A stretch of DNA of 63,874 nt, counting the filler, from Phoronis australis (taxonomy: Eukaryota; Animalia; Phoronida), in the NCBI GenBank assembly GCA_002633005.1. It is 8 parts of 8 records of this genome, joined end to end, with 100 filler letters (N's around TTAATTAATTAA, not from the genome) between each part and the next. Parts side by side here need not be neighbours in the genome. Positions count along the whole stretch, not along the records: positions 1 to 24,470 come from NMRA01001156.1; positions 24,571 to 32,613 come from NMRA01001944.1; positions 32,714 to 36,000 come from NMRA01003108.1; positions 36,101 to 38,614 come from NMRA01001146.1; 4 more parts are not named here. One strand, 5' to 3'. Below, piece after piece: positions 23,913-36,139 of the stretch. The notes beneath the pieces are model-generated. The model saw only the letters and a program-made list of their open reading frames with translations. It did no database searches and was not told the DNA's origin. The position numbers and the translations under genes were made by a program. Every line of letters begins with the position of its first letter. Within the stretch, counting starts at the first letter, position 1.

Positions 23913-24470
23913 GACTTAGAGGGCCCAGCCCCCCCACTTGATGCCGCAAGCAAAATAAACCAGCAAAACGTTAAGCGGGTGGAAACTTGTACTGAGTTCG
24001 AGCTAGGACCGGTAGCGGACAAGCCGGGGAAAACACGTTCCGTTTTATTTTTTTAGTCCAACGACAGATTTCCTGAGCAGAAGTTATACAGCCTCCGCGC
24101 CCGCAACTTCCGGGCCACCTGCGTGCATACAAGCGCGCTTCATTGCCCGCTTCTCCGAGGATGTCGGGCTCCCCCCTCACTAGGCCTATATAATGGTATC
24201 CTAGATCAGCCACTGAAAATGCTTCTTGAGACAGAGCTATGAGAGCTTGCAAAAGGGCGGGGTGCTATTGATGGTGATCGGGAGGTCAGTAGAGTTTTCA
24301 CTGACCCGTCACTCGGCGAAACGTTCCCCTCTCAGAAGGCCTCACACACATGAGGCACCTTTTCCCTCGGATATGAACGAGGCCTCTGAAGAAACATGAT
24401 AACTATGCTTGTTCCAGGGGGATCCAGGAGGGTGGGGACAAGGCAGAATATTAGCCAGGATTTTGCCCGT

Positions 24471-24570
24471 NNNNNNNNNNNNNNNNNNNNNNNNNNNNNN
24501 NNNNNNNNNNNNNNTTAATTAATTAANNNNNNNNNNNNNNNNNNNNNNNNNNNNNNNNNNNNNNNNNNNN
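24471..24570. other. Artificial 100-nt gap linker N44-TTAATTAATTAA-N44 (also 32614-32713, 36001-36100, 38615-38714, 41012-41111, 44961-45060, 59688-59787); plain N gap at 18682-19100
   Basis: Identical layout seven times; the 12-mer gives stops in all six frames. Confidence 0.97.
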
Positions 24571-24703
24571 TGGCAGCGCTGCACGCGAAACAAGATGGCG
24601 GACGACCTTTGGAGACTGACGACGAGAGGTAATCGGACTATACGTACGGAACATGGCAACTTACTGGTATAAACTGCGTTTTAACAACTTTCTTGCTATT
24701 ATA

Positions 24704-24872
24704 ATGTCGGCAAATCACCGCTGCTGTGCGATGGGGTACACTGATGCCTTACGAATAAAGGCAAACTTTTTGAAATATAAAAGGATGAACACGGACATCA
24801 TGTTCCATGTATTTCCCATTGCGAAGAAGAATCCGTGGCAAAAGCTAGCGGCTGCAGCTGATTAAGCGGGTA
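24704..24872 (+). pseudogene. Degenerate THAP-domain fragment (DNA-transposon relic)
   Basis: MSANHRCCAMGY...IMFHVFPIAKKNP, resembling the THAP CxxxxC...FHxFP pattern; second Cys lost, frameshifted. Confidence 0.55.
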
Positions 24873-25187
24873 AATGATGATCCCAGTCTGTGTCGAGAAG
24901 CTAAAATATATTAATGTACTTAAACTAACGAAACAATGAGGGCTGACAGACGAATTGTTTCCTGTGCTTTTTTAATATGAAGTAATTGAATTTCTGTCCA
25001 CCAAATCTGAGTTGGGATCAATCGGAGGTCACTTTTGCACTCTCTTTGTTCCAGAGAGCGCCAATGTGAAATGCCCCCTATTCCTGTCCAAGTCCAGTGT
25101 TTCTTAGTTCTTTATCAAGCCTGAATTTTATCACTAACTTTACCATTGCTTTAGTATGTCTATTTAAGCAACTAATACCATTGTTAC

Positions 25188-25451
25188 CTTGACAACTATT
25201 CACACCATCACCAAAGTAGCCTGCTTTACATACACATCTGTACGCCATGCCAGACGACAGCTGTCCACACAAGGCATTCACGTGACAGGATTCGTCACAC
25301 CGGAATATTCTGGACGGCAGCCACTTCATACGACCTTGGCTGCATGATCTCCCACCAGGCAGTAAGAATTGTCCCGTAGGACACTTACAGTAAAACCCAC
25401 CAGGGGTCACAACGCAATGGTCACAACCACTCTTCTCACAGTGTTGCGAGT
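25188..25451 (-). CDS. Exon encoding two EGF-like modules
   Basis: CEKSGCDHCVVTPGGFYCKCPTGQFLLPGGRSC and CDESCHVNALC...YRCVCKAGYFGDGVNSC; ends at a phase-1 GTAACA donor with no stop. Confidence 0.9.
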
Positions 25452-28400
25452 CTGAAAGCATATATACACCCAGGTTGGTTTATTGCCAATGGTATGTTGC
25501 TAGAGGTGCTGAAGAGGCTCGTGCAATACAAAACCAATGGGACATGCTCCGGGAAACCAACTTATGTTCACTTTTGACTTAATTTGTCTCAGCCTCCAAA
25601 ATTTGAAACTTACGGCAATTTACGTCAAATTTAAAGCAAAAATTAAAATCAAACTTAACATCACTTTCTTGGAACAGACTTAAGACAAACGTAAATTTTG
25701 TCTTAAAATTGACGCAATTTGAAGATTTGTCTTAGCTGAATCAGATTTCTTGGAATATTTATACACCGGTATTTCATTTTCATCAGATTTCATCAAACAT
25801 TTTAAACTTAATCTGTTGAGGTATTTCCAACATTTTTAGATTCAGTTTTCCTTCACTAGTTGAACAAATAAAGCAAAATGAATGCTTAAAAGCGATAACT
25901 AATAAAGTATATTCTAAAAAAGTCAATGGAACAAATTATCACGGACTTGGTCTGTACTTACATTGGAGTTTAAACAACTCTACTACCAGCCAACCTGTGT
26001 ACCGAAAGGTAAATAACAAATGCATTTTGGAAATTAGATGACGTTTGAACTAATTGACCCTTTGTGGTACAACAACACAGTATTTTGGAGTGAATTAGTG
26101 GACTGTGCTGAGAATAACAAGAAGGTTGCACAAACTGTAACACGAACATCCAATAATAATAAGATTTTGCTCTGACAAGCACTGAGAAATTAATGAATAC
26201 ATGGATTGATTGGGAAGACTGCCTGTTGACTGGACTCGCTCACCTTTTAATTTAGAAGGATGATGGAGGTGCACAGAGGTTGGTCGGACAAGATTGTGAG
26301 CGAGAGTTTTCATAAACCCCGTCTTCATATCAAACATCCCCAATGTGCGGTTTACCCAGTCAGTGTAAAACACAAATTGATCAAACACAGCCAAACCAAA
26401 GATGTGTTCTACTCTCTTTGTGAAGAATTCCAGTTCCTTTCTGTTTGAGCCTGCAAAGTCAAATTTTCTCTAAATTGCCTTTATTTCACTGATACAACAA
26501 AGCAATATTGAAGTATTGAAGTACCTACTTAAATTGAATTAAAAACTAATATTTAGATAAGTTTCAAGATCAATTTCAACACTTTGGAAGCCAGGAGTCA
26601 AAAAGTATTTTCTAGTTTGTTTGAAATTGTAACATACATTTTAAAAACGATTTCAATTACCATTGAGACTCATCACTTCAATCTTTCTGTCACGACCATC
26701 TCCCACATACAGAAGTCCATTGTTTATAGCAATACCGTTGGGCCACTTGAAGCCAGTGTCTGCAACCACATTCTGCTTCCCAGCAGAAGACATTCGAACT
26801 ATCCTACCGGGACTTTGAATGTCTGACCAGAAAATTTGACTGGAAGTAATTGGTAACCATTAACAATTAGTAGCTAAATACGAACCCTCTGAAAGAAAGA
26901 AAGTATCTGTTTTCGTTCCTCGCAAACTCTAAAAAGTCTTGCAGTGGATCAAGTTTGAAAACCGTTTGCAAAGCTCTGCTAAATCGGTCAGCGTTATAAA
27001 TGCTTCCGAAAGCATGGGTAAATAGGCCAATTGCCAACCTCTAGACACAAGATCTATGTTTTACACTCTTAGGACGTGTTTCAACTGAGCAAAGATGTTA
27101 TCTATCAGAGGATGTATAGACTGTGCGATAGCAACGACAGAAACAGTTTTGAGTAAAGTCACTAAAACAGAGTTTATTGTAAACATGTCTTTTATAGACA
27201 GATAGACAACTAATGGGTTTGTCAAACGAATTACTGAAATACAATAAAGAAAAAACACATCTCCGGAGGTCCTCGAAGGCAAAAGCCGCTTCAAGGAGGA
27301 CCGCCTTTAAATACAATAGAATACAGCATAAAACAAGTAAGCATTATGAAAAATAGGACAGTAATTAATTACGACTCATACAATTGACATTCGATAAGCA
27401 GACTGACATAAGAAATCAAAGTTCTTCAATAAATAAACAAAAATATAAGTAAACCCGACACCTTACTAAAAATGAAAATAAAAATATGCACACTGCGATG
27501 ATAGATACTATAATAACGCCAAATAAACTATTGAGGTGGATGTCATCTTTGGTGTGGCCTTTAAAAAGTTCGGTGTTAGAGCATGGGTTCAGCCAGGTAG
27601 CCATGCCCCTGTTTATTGCAGAAGAGCGTATCATTTATCATTTGGGGAAGCGCGCGAAACTACTGACAAATGGGTGAGCTGGCTGCAAAGCTTTTGACAA
27701 CTGGGGGAGCTGGCGGCGAGAAACAGAGGATACAGACGCAGTACCACTATAATGGGTTAGAGGAGACAAGGTTATCTTACGCCTCCTGATGATTGTGATA
27801 ATCAATTGCTATTTTGAAGAACTGGTATTTAACTCAATAATTACCCGCCAAGCACAGCAAGTCCTCTTGGTCGACCAGCGACTTTTGTAACAGAATATAC
27901 ATTAGTGCCATCAGTAGGCATTGTAGCTATAAATCCATACTGAACATTGTATCCACTCATTGTTAAAGAACGCGTGGTATGGTCAACGGCAAGCCCATCG
28001 ATGACCCCACCAGGTACTTTCACGTGAGCAACGAGCTGCAGGGAAGACCCATTCAGATACTGTTTAAAAACTTTTGGAAAAACTCTGAAAGGAAATAAGA
28101 AATGTAAAGAGTCAGAGATTACAAATAACTAAAAATAATGTAATGTGAGAAGAGTCATCAAAGCACAGGCGTCAACACAACATTTGGGCAATTTGATGGA
28201 CGTCTCGGTATTGTTTTTTCAGCACGTTGTTTCTAGTACCCGTGTTCCTAGTAGACCAGGTATTGTATTAGGAACATAAATGGGCACATAATTTGACGTA
28301 GATCAATAGGAAAAATTCAAATGTGATGTTTTCAGACGATACAAAATTTGATAAAAGTCTCTCAAAATCTAACCTGCTCGATTCCGACCAATAAATCAAT

Positions 28401-31400
28401 TTGTTAACTGAATCATATGTCGCAGCAATTATGTTGGCATCAAATCGTGCTCGAACAATACGATGCAATGTACACTTCTCAGGTGTATCAAGGCTCATCA
28501 GGTAAACAGTGTTCACGTCGCATAGCAGAAGGAAATTCTCTGGTTCTGGAATAAAAACAAGAGCTTTGCAAAGCCTTGCAAGCAATGTAGATCTCAGGGG
28601 GCACCGCTATAGTTGTCTGAGTCTTTCAAAAATATCAAAAAATCGGTTTGGTAGATAGCAAAGACAAAATAGAAACAGCAACCGGAGGGCGCAACCCTTG
28701 TGGGACCCCTCCAAACATTAGTGGTTCCCTTTTTATAGTCAATAAAGACAGTTTAATGCCTTAAGACACTTAGAAGTTAAATTTTACCAAGACCATCAAA
28801 TAAATAATTTGGCTCAATTGCATCTACATGGGCCCATTTCTAAAATTGATGAAAGCTTTCCCAACACACCAACTGTGTTTCATTAAGGAATTTTACTTGA
28901 AACTAACTACTTATTAACTTAAAATATTTATCACTCCAAGAACTGTCAACGCTTGCCTTTACAAGTGAATCCATCTCTGGACATAACAGCACTGTTATGG
29001 GTAGGACATCTGCAGATTGGTGGACCACGAGGTTGGTCAAAACATAGACCGCTGCATGGATTGTTCACACAAGTACTGGCACGAACTGGAACATTGATAC
29101 AACAGAGACTAAGAGCATAACAACAAGCTACGTGACGTTTGACGCTAAAGCTACCTCAAACGATGTTTCCACAGGTTGCATTTTATTCCTCGGTGGCTGG
29201 TTTAGGTTGGCATGACATTTGTAGTTGACAGGCTCGCGGCTGGGGTTACATAGTGCTGTGAGGGGTAATCTGTTGTACAGGTAGCGCTGCAATAGCGGGT
29301 AAGCTGCGATCGGCTTTGATACCATTAGATGGCGCAGAGATCGGTGGTCTCATTATGTGGTTATACTGAGTAGCCGGTCTTAAAAATCAGTCAATCACCA
29401 ACTCAAGTATTCGGAAACCGGGAGCATTGTCTTGAAAATATGAATGTGCTCTGCAGACAGCGACACGTGAACTAACGGCAGAGACCTTGCATGGCCTTCC
29501 ATACCTGCGGTCACTGTTTATTTCGCTACCACCATGTTCATTTTATCAAGTGCCTGAGAATAAGACATTCATTTTTGCTCTAAAAGTTTAGCTATTATTT
29601 TAACTTGTTTGTTTGTTTGTAATGCGCATTGACAATTTGCTTTACAATTGTACACCGGAAGATCGGAAACTGTACAGAGAGTATGAGCGAGTATGTATCA
29701 AGCTGTTCCACAAAAAGTACATAATCATGTTTTCAATCAAGTTTGCGTTAATGAAGGACTGCCACTGACCTATAAAAATCATAAAAGAAGACAATGTTAT
29801 ATTAAAATGTTTTACGGAACACAGACGATGGTTGAAAAGCCACAACAATAGCTTATCTGCCCAAAAGTTGGCAAACTAAGAAAACAAAATAATGCTGACC
29901 TTTAAGCGTATATCAGCTGAATGTCTGCGAAATTAATTACCTGCATAACTTGATTTGGAGTAGATAATGTTTGATGGTGAGCGGACTCCTTTGATGAAGG
30001 TGACTGCTCTATTCTTCTTAAGGTCATACACCTTGATGCGTCCAGACGCCCAGTTTCCACTGAACCAGTCAGTGAATAGAAGAGACGAATTAACAGCAGC
30101 AATGCCAAAAGGAATCTGCAAATTATAACCAACTTACTACTACTAAGAACCCTGAACATCCTTTTCTTTGTTGCAATATTTAAGCCACACAAAAATGGTT
30201 TCGCCAAGCACAGCCGTATCCTATTGGACCAATTTTTATTCTACATTTTTTGAATTTTTGAGCAAAGATAAAAGGATACCAAACCCTATTTTGGCCTATT
30301 AACAAATATTAAAAACGATTTATCTACGTAATTCTCTGCAACAAAATAATACTTTGCAACCTCCCGACAACCCTCAAAAGTTTGAAGAACATTTTGAAAA
30401 CTCTTTTCAAAGTCTGCTAAATGGACAAGCGTGACCTACACTTTTACCGAATTTCACGGCTACTGTGGTGAAAGACCATCTACAAAGAACCATGTTCATA
30501 TCCAATCTCTGACATTGGGAGTGTGAGTTTTCACCGGGTTCCTGCTTTTATCGTTCAAGAATGACGCCGAGGAATGGCTTGGTTTAGTATCCGTTTAAAT
30601 AAATGAGAGACCACTTACCTGTCTACCTGTCGATAGACCTAAAGAACACTAAAAGTGTCGACAGAGCTGTTGTCATATCGGTTCAATAACTGACACCAGA
30701 CATACCTACTCAATCTAAATCTGCCAAATTCTACGAAGATTCTGCATGGGGTTTGGCAATGAGAGAGGTAGACGCCAAAATAATAAAATCTGAAGTTTTT
30801 GAAGCTAGCTACTGTAATCAAATTGAGTTACCTTTAACTTCGTGCCGGTTAGATAACGCCACGTGTTGTCCGACATGTTGTAAGCCGCCAGGAACGCTCC
30901 GTTAGTTCGTCCATCATAGTTGGAGTCGACCACATACAGCATTTCTCCATTTACAGAGAGGCCATTGGGATTACTGATGTCGGTACTTTTGATTACCACC
31001 GAATTGGAACCATCCAGATTACATCTTACAATCTTGGGCTCCTCTCCCCAGTCAGAAATGAATAAGTGTCTGAAACATCAGCAAAACAAGTCACGGTAAT
31101 GAGTGACTATGGAAGAGTATCAAAACTTTACTGTCTTCGGAACGTCTCAGAAACGTGCTCTCTGGTTCTAATGAAACTTAATGAAATTTTCAGGTATGAT
31201 TCGTGTACAGGGGCTCGTTCCAAAAAACTGACTTAAGTTCATTTTTGACTTAAGTCTAAGATTTGTCTTAACTTCCATACTTTGAAAATTCCACATCTGG
31301 TCAGATAGTTAAAATTAAGATTGAACTTTTATCAAAAACTTAATTCAAACTCAGGATTTCTTGCTTAAAACAGTCTCGAGACAAATTTAAGTTTTATTTT

Positions 31401-32234
31401 AAAATTCACTAAAATTGTAAGATTTGTCTTAGCTAAGTCAGTTTTGTTGGAACGGGCCCCTGTTCTTCAAAACGTTAGAAAAGGTTTTCGAAAAGTTCAT
31501 TTTTCATAACTGGAGTGCTATCTAGAATTGGTACTCACAATTTATGAAAAACGCACAAATTACGTGAAACAAAGACATGTAGAAATTGCCACCGTATTTC
31601 TGATATTATATTCCGAATACTTAGCATAAGAAATTTGGTCGTGTTATTGATATAGTAGTTTTATTAATGTACTTTTCTCTTGCAGCAATTATCTGAAAAT
31701 AAATAGTCATATGACCCAGATTGGTATTTAGTTCAAAATCTAATTTTATGCTACCACCAAAAGACAAATAATTTCACTGAGTTGAACAAATTTGTTGATT
31801 AAATATTTAGCTAAAGACACGCATTTGCTGACAAGATTAAGGTTACCGTTTCCTCAAGGTTGCTGTTATTAGGTACTAACACGCATGCAAAATGTGTTTA
31901 CATCACCAATGTCACATTCGTGTAGGGCAGAAACCTTGGCAAAGACTTCCCTAATAAAAATATTTTGCTACCAAGAGAAAGACGAACTAATAAAATTGAT
32001 TTTGATGATTTCTTAAAGACGCAATTGATATTTCTACAAAAGATGGCACTCACCTCCTTTCGAAATCTATCGCCAGCCCTCTCGGTTTGCCAACATCTCT
32101 AGAAATAGTCAACCATCCGGTACCATCAAGATTAACAGATTCAACAGAGCTCCACCTGTTCAGGAAGCTTCCATGAGTTGTCAGGAACATGTTACTGAAG
32201 TACAAACGTTTGCTTACCGGATCAAGGACCATAC
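25188..32234 (-). CDS. LRP/nidogen-like ectodomain: two YWTD beta-propellers plus three EGF modules (probably the 5' part of the GC receptor gene)
   Basis: Phase-consistent exons 32054-32234, 30832-31069, 29941-30115, 28957-29085 (EGF), 28374-28545, 27845-28084, 26661-26839, 26244-26450, 25188-25451 (EGF-EGF). Blade motifs PRGLAID..LFISDW, PNGLSV..LYVVDS, PFGIAA..LLFTDW, LIYWSE, IFWSD, WPNGIAI..LYVGD, FGLAV..VFYTDW. Confidence 0.9.
26244..26450 (-). CDS. YWTD propeller 2 exon
   Basis: SNRKELEFFTKRVEHIFGLAVFDQFVFYTDWVNRTL...LVRPTSVHL. Confidence 0.88.
26661..26839 (-). CDS. YWTD propeller 2 exon
   Basis: QIFWSDIQSPGRIVRMSSAGKQNVVADTGFKWPNGIAINNGLLYVGDGRDRKIEVMSLNG. Confidence 0.88.
27845..28084 (-). 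CDS. YWTD propeller 2 exon
   Basis: VFPKVFKQYLNGSSL...IDGLAVDHTTRSL...GRPRGLAVLG. Confidence 0.87.
28374..28545 (-). CDS. YWTD propeller 2 first exon
   Basis: PENFLLLCDVNTVYLMSLDT...NIIAATYDSVNKLIYWSE. Confidence 0.88.
28957..29085 (-). CDS. EGF-like exon between the propellers
   Basis: CVNNPCSGLCFDQPRGPPICRCPTHNSAVMSRDGFTCK; donor appears to be GC. Confidence 0.85.
29941..30115 (-). CDS. YWTD propeller 1 exon
   Basis: IPFGIAAVNSSLLFTDW...VRSPSNIIY. Confidence 0.88.
30832..31069 (-). CDS. YWTD propeller 1 exon
   Basis: HLFISDWGEEPKIVRCNLDGSNSVVIKSTDISNPNGLSVNGEMLYVVDS. Confidence 0.9.
31208..31462. mobile_element. MITE (PIF/Harbinger-like); related decayed copy at about 25545-25760
   Basis: TIR caggggctcgttccaaaaaactgactta / taagtcagttttgttggaacgggcccctg. 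Confidence 0.8.
32054..32234 (-). CDS. YWTD propeller 1 exon
   Basis: GMVLDPVSKRLYFSN...VESVNLDGTGWLTISRDVGKPRGLAIDFERR. Confidence 0.9.
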
Positions 32235-33250
32235 CTAAAATAGGAAAGTACAGAATATTCTCCGCCTGGTGGCGTTGCACTCCTGGAAGTAAAGAGTGTA
32301 ATTTACCTCCACCTTAGCAAAATGGGCATGTCACATTGTCAATTTCTTATGGGGACAGTGTCCATTGTTAAATTTTGAGGTTTAACTTAGTATGGCCGTC
32401 ATTTATTCATAGAAAATGGCAAACTAGTGACCAAATGACAATTAACAAAACTTATAAACCGCGAACTTTCTGGATAATGAGGGAGACGCAAAAGCCAGTG
32501 CTATTTAGGTGCCCAGTAGTAGCTCAAACAATGCCCATAGGAAATTTGTGCACCTGGCATTCGCCATCTAGTGCTAAATATTTCCGTTCATTCCCGTAGT
32601 GCATAGCTTCAAANNNNNNNNNNNNNNNNNNNNNNNNNNNNNNNNNNNNNNNNNNNNTTAATTAATTAANNNNNNNNNNNNNNNNNNNNNNNNNNNNNNN
32701 NNNNNNNNNNNNNGCTTCTTTTGTGTTCTTTACTTTTTCTTGTATTTTTTCTAGGAACGCTATGGCTTCTGTTGGCTCTGAAAAAAAAAAAACTAGATGA
32801 CATCTGTTGTGTCATTAACAGAGAATTAACATTCTCTGAGAGCTCAGTTACTGAAGCAAACCAGCTGAGAATGAAAGGTCCAAAGGTACAGCTTCATATA
32901 CTGCTATGACAGTCAATGAGATTAGATTTGAATGCATATAATTGACATCTGAGCGACACAATAAAGAAAACAAATATCTTTACTACGATAGTTCGAAACT
33001 CAAAATTCTCTTTTTTCAAACCGATAACAACATGACACTCTCTCACGGTAACAATGTAGTTATTTTTACTTTGTTGTCAATTTGAATTCCAACAGATGCA
33101 CACAAACCTGAAATAATTCAACTTCTTCATCACTATAAGACAACAGTACTAAATCTTGTATCAAGAGTCCTAACATCAATGGATCTACCCATCTTCCTGT
33201 CTACCCCTCTAACCCTGGCACCTTTTTTCTTTTGAATTCCTCTTTCTTAC

Positions 33251-33306
33251 CTTGAATTTGGCCAACCACAAACACAACCAACTCGACCAGTGCTAGCTGA
33301 TTTATC
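33251..33306 (-). CDS. Putative signal-peptide exon
   Basis: TTTTCAG acceptor, GTAAG donor; INQLALVELVVFVVGQIQ(G), hydrophobic core, phase-1 end. Confidence 0.55.
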
Positions 33307-33823
33307 CTGAAAAAACAACAAATGTAACTACCACAAAGTAATCAATAATCAATAGCTACGTTTCCATGTATTTTGAAATACCACAAATATTTCAGGAAAA
33401 ATTAACTGGATTAATTCCACAATTTGGCATGTCCTAAGGATTACTGGAATACCAGCATTTTTGTTGCTCCTATAGACAAGCATTGGAAGAGGAACCAGAG
33501 AGTGCAATACTGTGCATGCTTCAACAGCTGCGGTTTTATTTTACAAATGCGATCAGAATGTTAATTGAGTAATCGAAACGTGGTAACTTATGAATTAAAT
33601 TTCCCACTATTAGCCCAAGCAAATTTTGGTAGAATTCAGAATACTGGGTAAATGGTGTCCCAATGCAATTTTTTAATTAAAATTTTAGCAGCAAAAGTAA
33701 TAGAATTACTTTCCCTAAATCTCACGAAATGACACCACTTTATATCCGTAAATGTATTAATTACACAAAAAGAAGACAAGCCAAGGTTCAGAAAACTTCC
33801 AAGGTTAAACAGGAACACAAATA

Positions 33824-35734
33824 CAGTAAAGTCGCGCAATTTTCGGACGGCCCGCCATTTTCGACCAAGAATAAATATTTCCAAATTGAGTTTTTCAAAG
33901 TCCATGAAATTTGTACAAGATCCAAAAACTGTTTTTCAATGATCCTCGAATTTCGGATAATGTCATAAATGTCGGATTTTTGGCCGCGACTTTCGGACAA
34001 AGACACTTTTAGAAACGCTAATTTGGGATAGACGCAACTCCCGTGTCACTAAAGCGTTCAACGGATGATTACTTCTCTATAAGGCTTGAATCCGAGAATC
34101 GGTGTAACGGACTTTGTGTAATTTTTACCTTCGTCTGGACGATGTCACGACCGTTACTCGATTGTCTTGCATTGAGCTTGTGGGGGGGTTATGGCGTAAA
34201 TTAGTAGTGACTGAGGGAGACTGAGCTGCGCGAAATTGGTGACGACCGTGGACGGCGCTAAACTGGTGACGACCGTGGACGGCACTAAACTGGTTACGAC
34301 CAGAAGAAACGGTCCTGTTATCTTCCACGCAGTTTATCAGACAATTATCAGTTTCATTTCATCCACAAAAAGATTTCACAAGTCAGAGTTTTCACAGTGG
34401 TTAAAAACGTAAGCGAANGGTCACCTCAGTTGCATGAAGACGCGCCAGTGTGTCACTGAGTTAACATCGGGTGTTTCAAAGGCTGTGGATGAGAAAGGTT
34501 TTAATTGTAAAAAACGGTTGGGTGAATTTGATGTTGGTAGCATTTGAAATTGCATTCGCTTTCTAGACAACGCCCTTATATATACAATATGTTAGTTAAT
34601 CGTGTCATCAGCCGCGCAGCACTGTGCTCGTCGACGCATTCCCTATCGTTTGCAGTAGGCCTAAACATGTAGAACGACAGCGCTTCTTCAACAATTCAGA
34701 TGACTACCAGGACGACAAATGGGGATCACGAGTCGATGAGAAACTACTCATTTTACTATCACGATTGTCTTTGTAATCTATTTTGGGTAATTGTTCATTC
34801 GAAGTTTTCATGTTGAAACTGAGCTTTCAGTTAGTATGGAAATATACGTGTCAGAGTTAACTTGCGTTTCGGTTTGTAACCAGCAGACAACGCATGGATA
34901 TATTTACCAAACATAAATATATGCTATGTTCCCATCATTGTTCACCACTTTCTTCACTGAATTCGTTCCCACATCCATTACTGTTACGTTTAATGCAAAA
35001 TCCGTTAAAATTGAGAAAGCGTTTTGATGGTCGGGAACCCTCTTTGTGTGTCGAATACGTAAGTGCAGCTTTTTATTGGGAAACCATATTAAAAAAGCGC
35101 CTATCGAGGCGCTCTTTGTGGGTTGACAGCGCCAACTCAACATTTTTTATTGAGAAAACACATTTTTACAAAAGAGAATCAGTTGTCTGCAACGTTTCAT
35201 GTGCGTCAAACAACGCAAACCAGACCCACTCATTGGAAAGCCCACATTTATCACCAGGAAGACTTTTCACAACGCTGCCTGATATTTTAAGTGAGATAGC
35301 GCAGTTTTGAAAAGATTCCGTCACGTGCCGAGAATGGTCTTTGAGCATCGGTAATGCAAGCCAAATATTTCATATTGAGAAAGCGCATCTTTGAAAAGAA
35401 GAACCAACACTTGTCGGGAACAGTCTTTGTGCGTCGACAGCCCACATTCCTTATTGGGAAAGCCATATTTTCAAAAATTAATCACGCAGACCATTTGAGT
35501 ATCATTGACCTGCAATTATACTGCTAAACCGAGCCAGCGATGTTGATACTACGACCGCTCATCGAAATAATGTACACCCACAAAATTCGGACACTAGCGG
35601 AAACCCAAATTTGGAGGTCCGCCAAATTCGGACACCACAAAAATACAAAAATGATGTTTCGCGAGATTCGTCCAAGAATGAATTTTTTCAATTGGAATTA
35701 ATTTTCAGCGTCCGAAAATCGCGCGACTCTACCG
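33824..35734. mobile_element. About 1.9-kb non-autonomous Tc1/pogo-like TIR element
   Basis: Left TA-cagtaaagtcgcgcaattttcggacg; right cgtccgaaaatcgcgcgactctaccg; right flank is not TA. Confidence 0.65.
34129..34172 (-). CDS. Putative first coding exon (MQDNRVTVVTSSRRR)
   Basis: ATG at 34172; phase-2 AG/GTAAAA donor matches the acceptor at 33306, giving a basic n-region plus hydrophobic h-region. Confidence 0.35.
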
Positions 35735-36139
35735 CCTTGCTGTTTCATCTTAAAACTAACTTCCAATTTACACATGTAAATATCATCTCAGTTTGTTCCA
35801 CACTTAGATTAGGTGATTCCTGGGCTTCGGGAGAATGAGCAATTTGTTATTGCTCAAGATCAGACTGGAAAGGTTGGCTTTTCATGATGCATCACTTTAT
35901 GCACTGAGCAAAGTCTCAAGCACTACTTCACTGTTACTTCTTTCCTGGCCCAGAAATCATTCTTTATTTGAGTTCAGATTAGTTTTCTAGTACGTAACCA
36001 NNNNNNNNNNNNNNNNNNNNNNNNNNNNNNNNNNNNNNNNNNNNTTAATTAATTAANNNNNNNNNNNNNNNNNNNNNNNNNNNNNNNNNNNNNNNNNNNN
36101 CATAACCATTAGTGAAGTTGTTTGACTGAGAGAGAGAGG

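Noticed and set aside
24255-24335. Hairpin followed by GGCGAAACGTTC, ribozyme-like
   Set aside because: No CUGANGA core and no HDV-type pseudoknot can be drawn.
21713-24470. Missing ANF-domain exons
   Set aside because: No convincing ANF-like frame with splice sites found by eye; the interval is mostly repeats, so the exons are presumed to be in the gap.
24515-24526. Recurrent TTAATTAATTAA motif
   Set aside because: Synthetic six-frame stop linker centred in 100-nt gaps.
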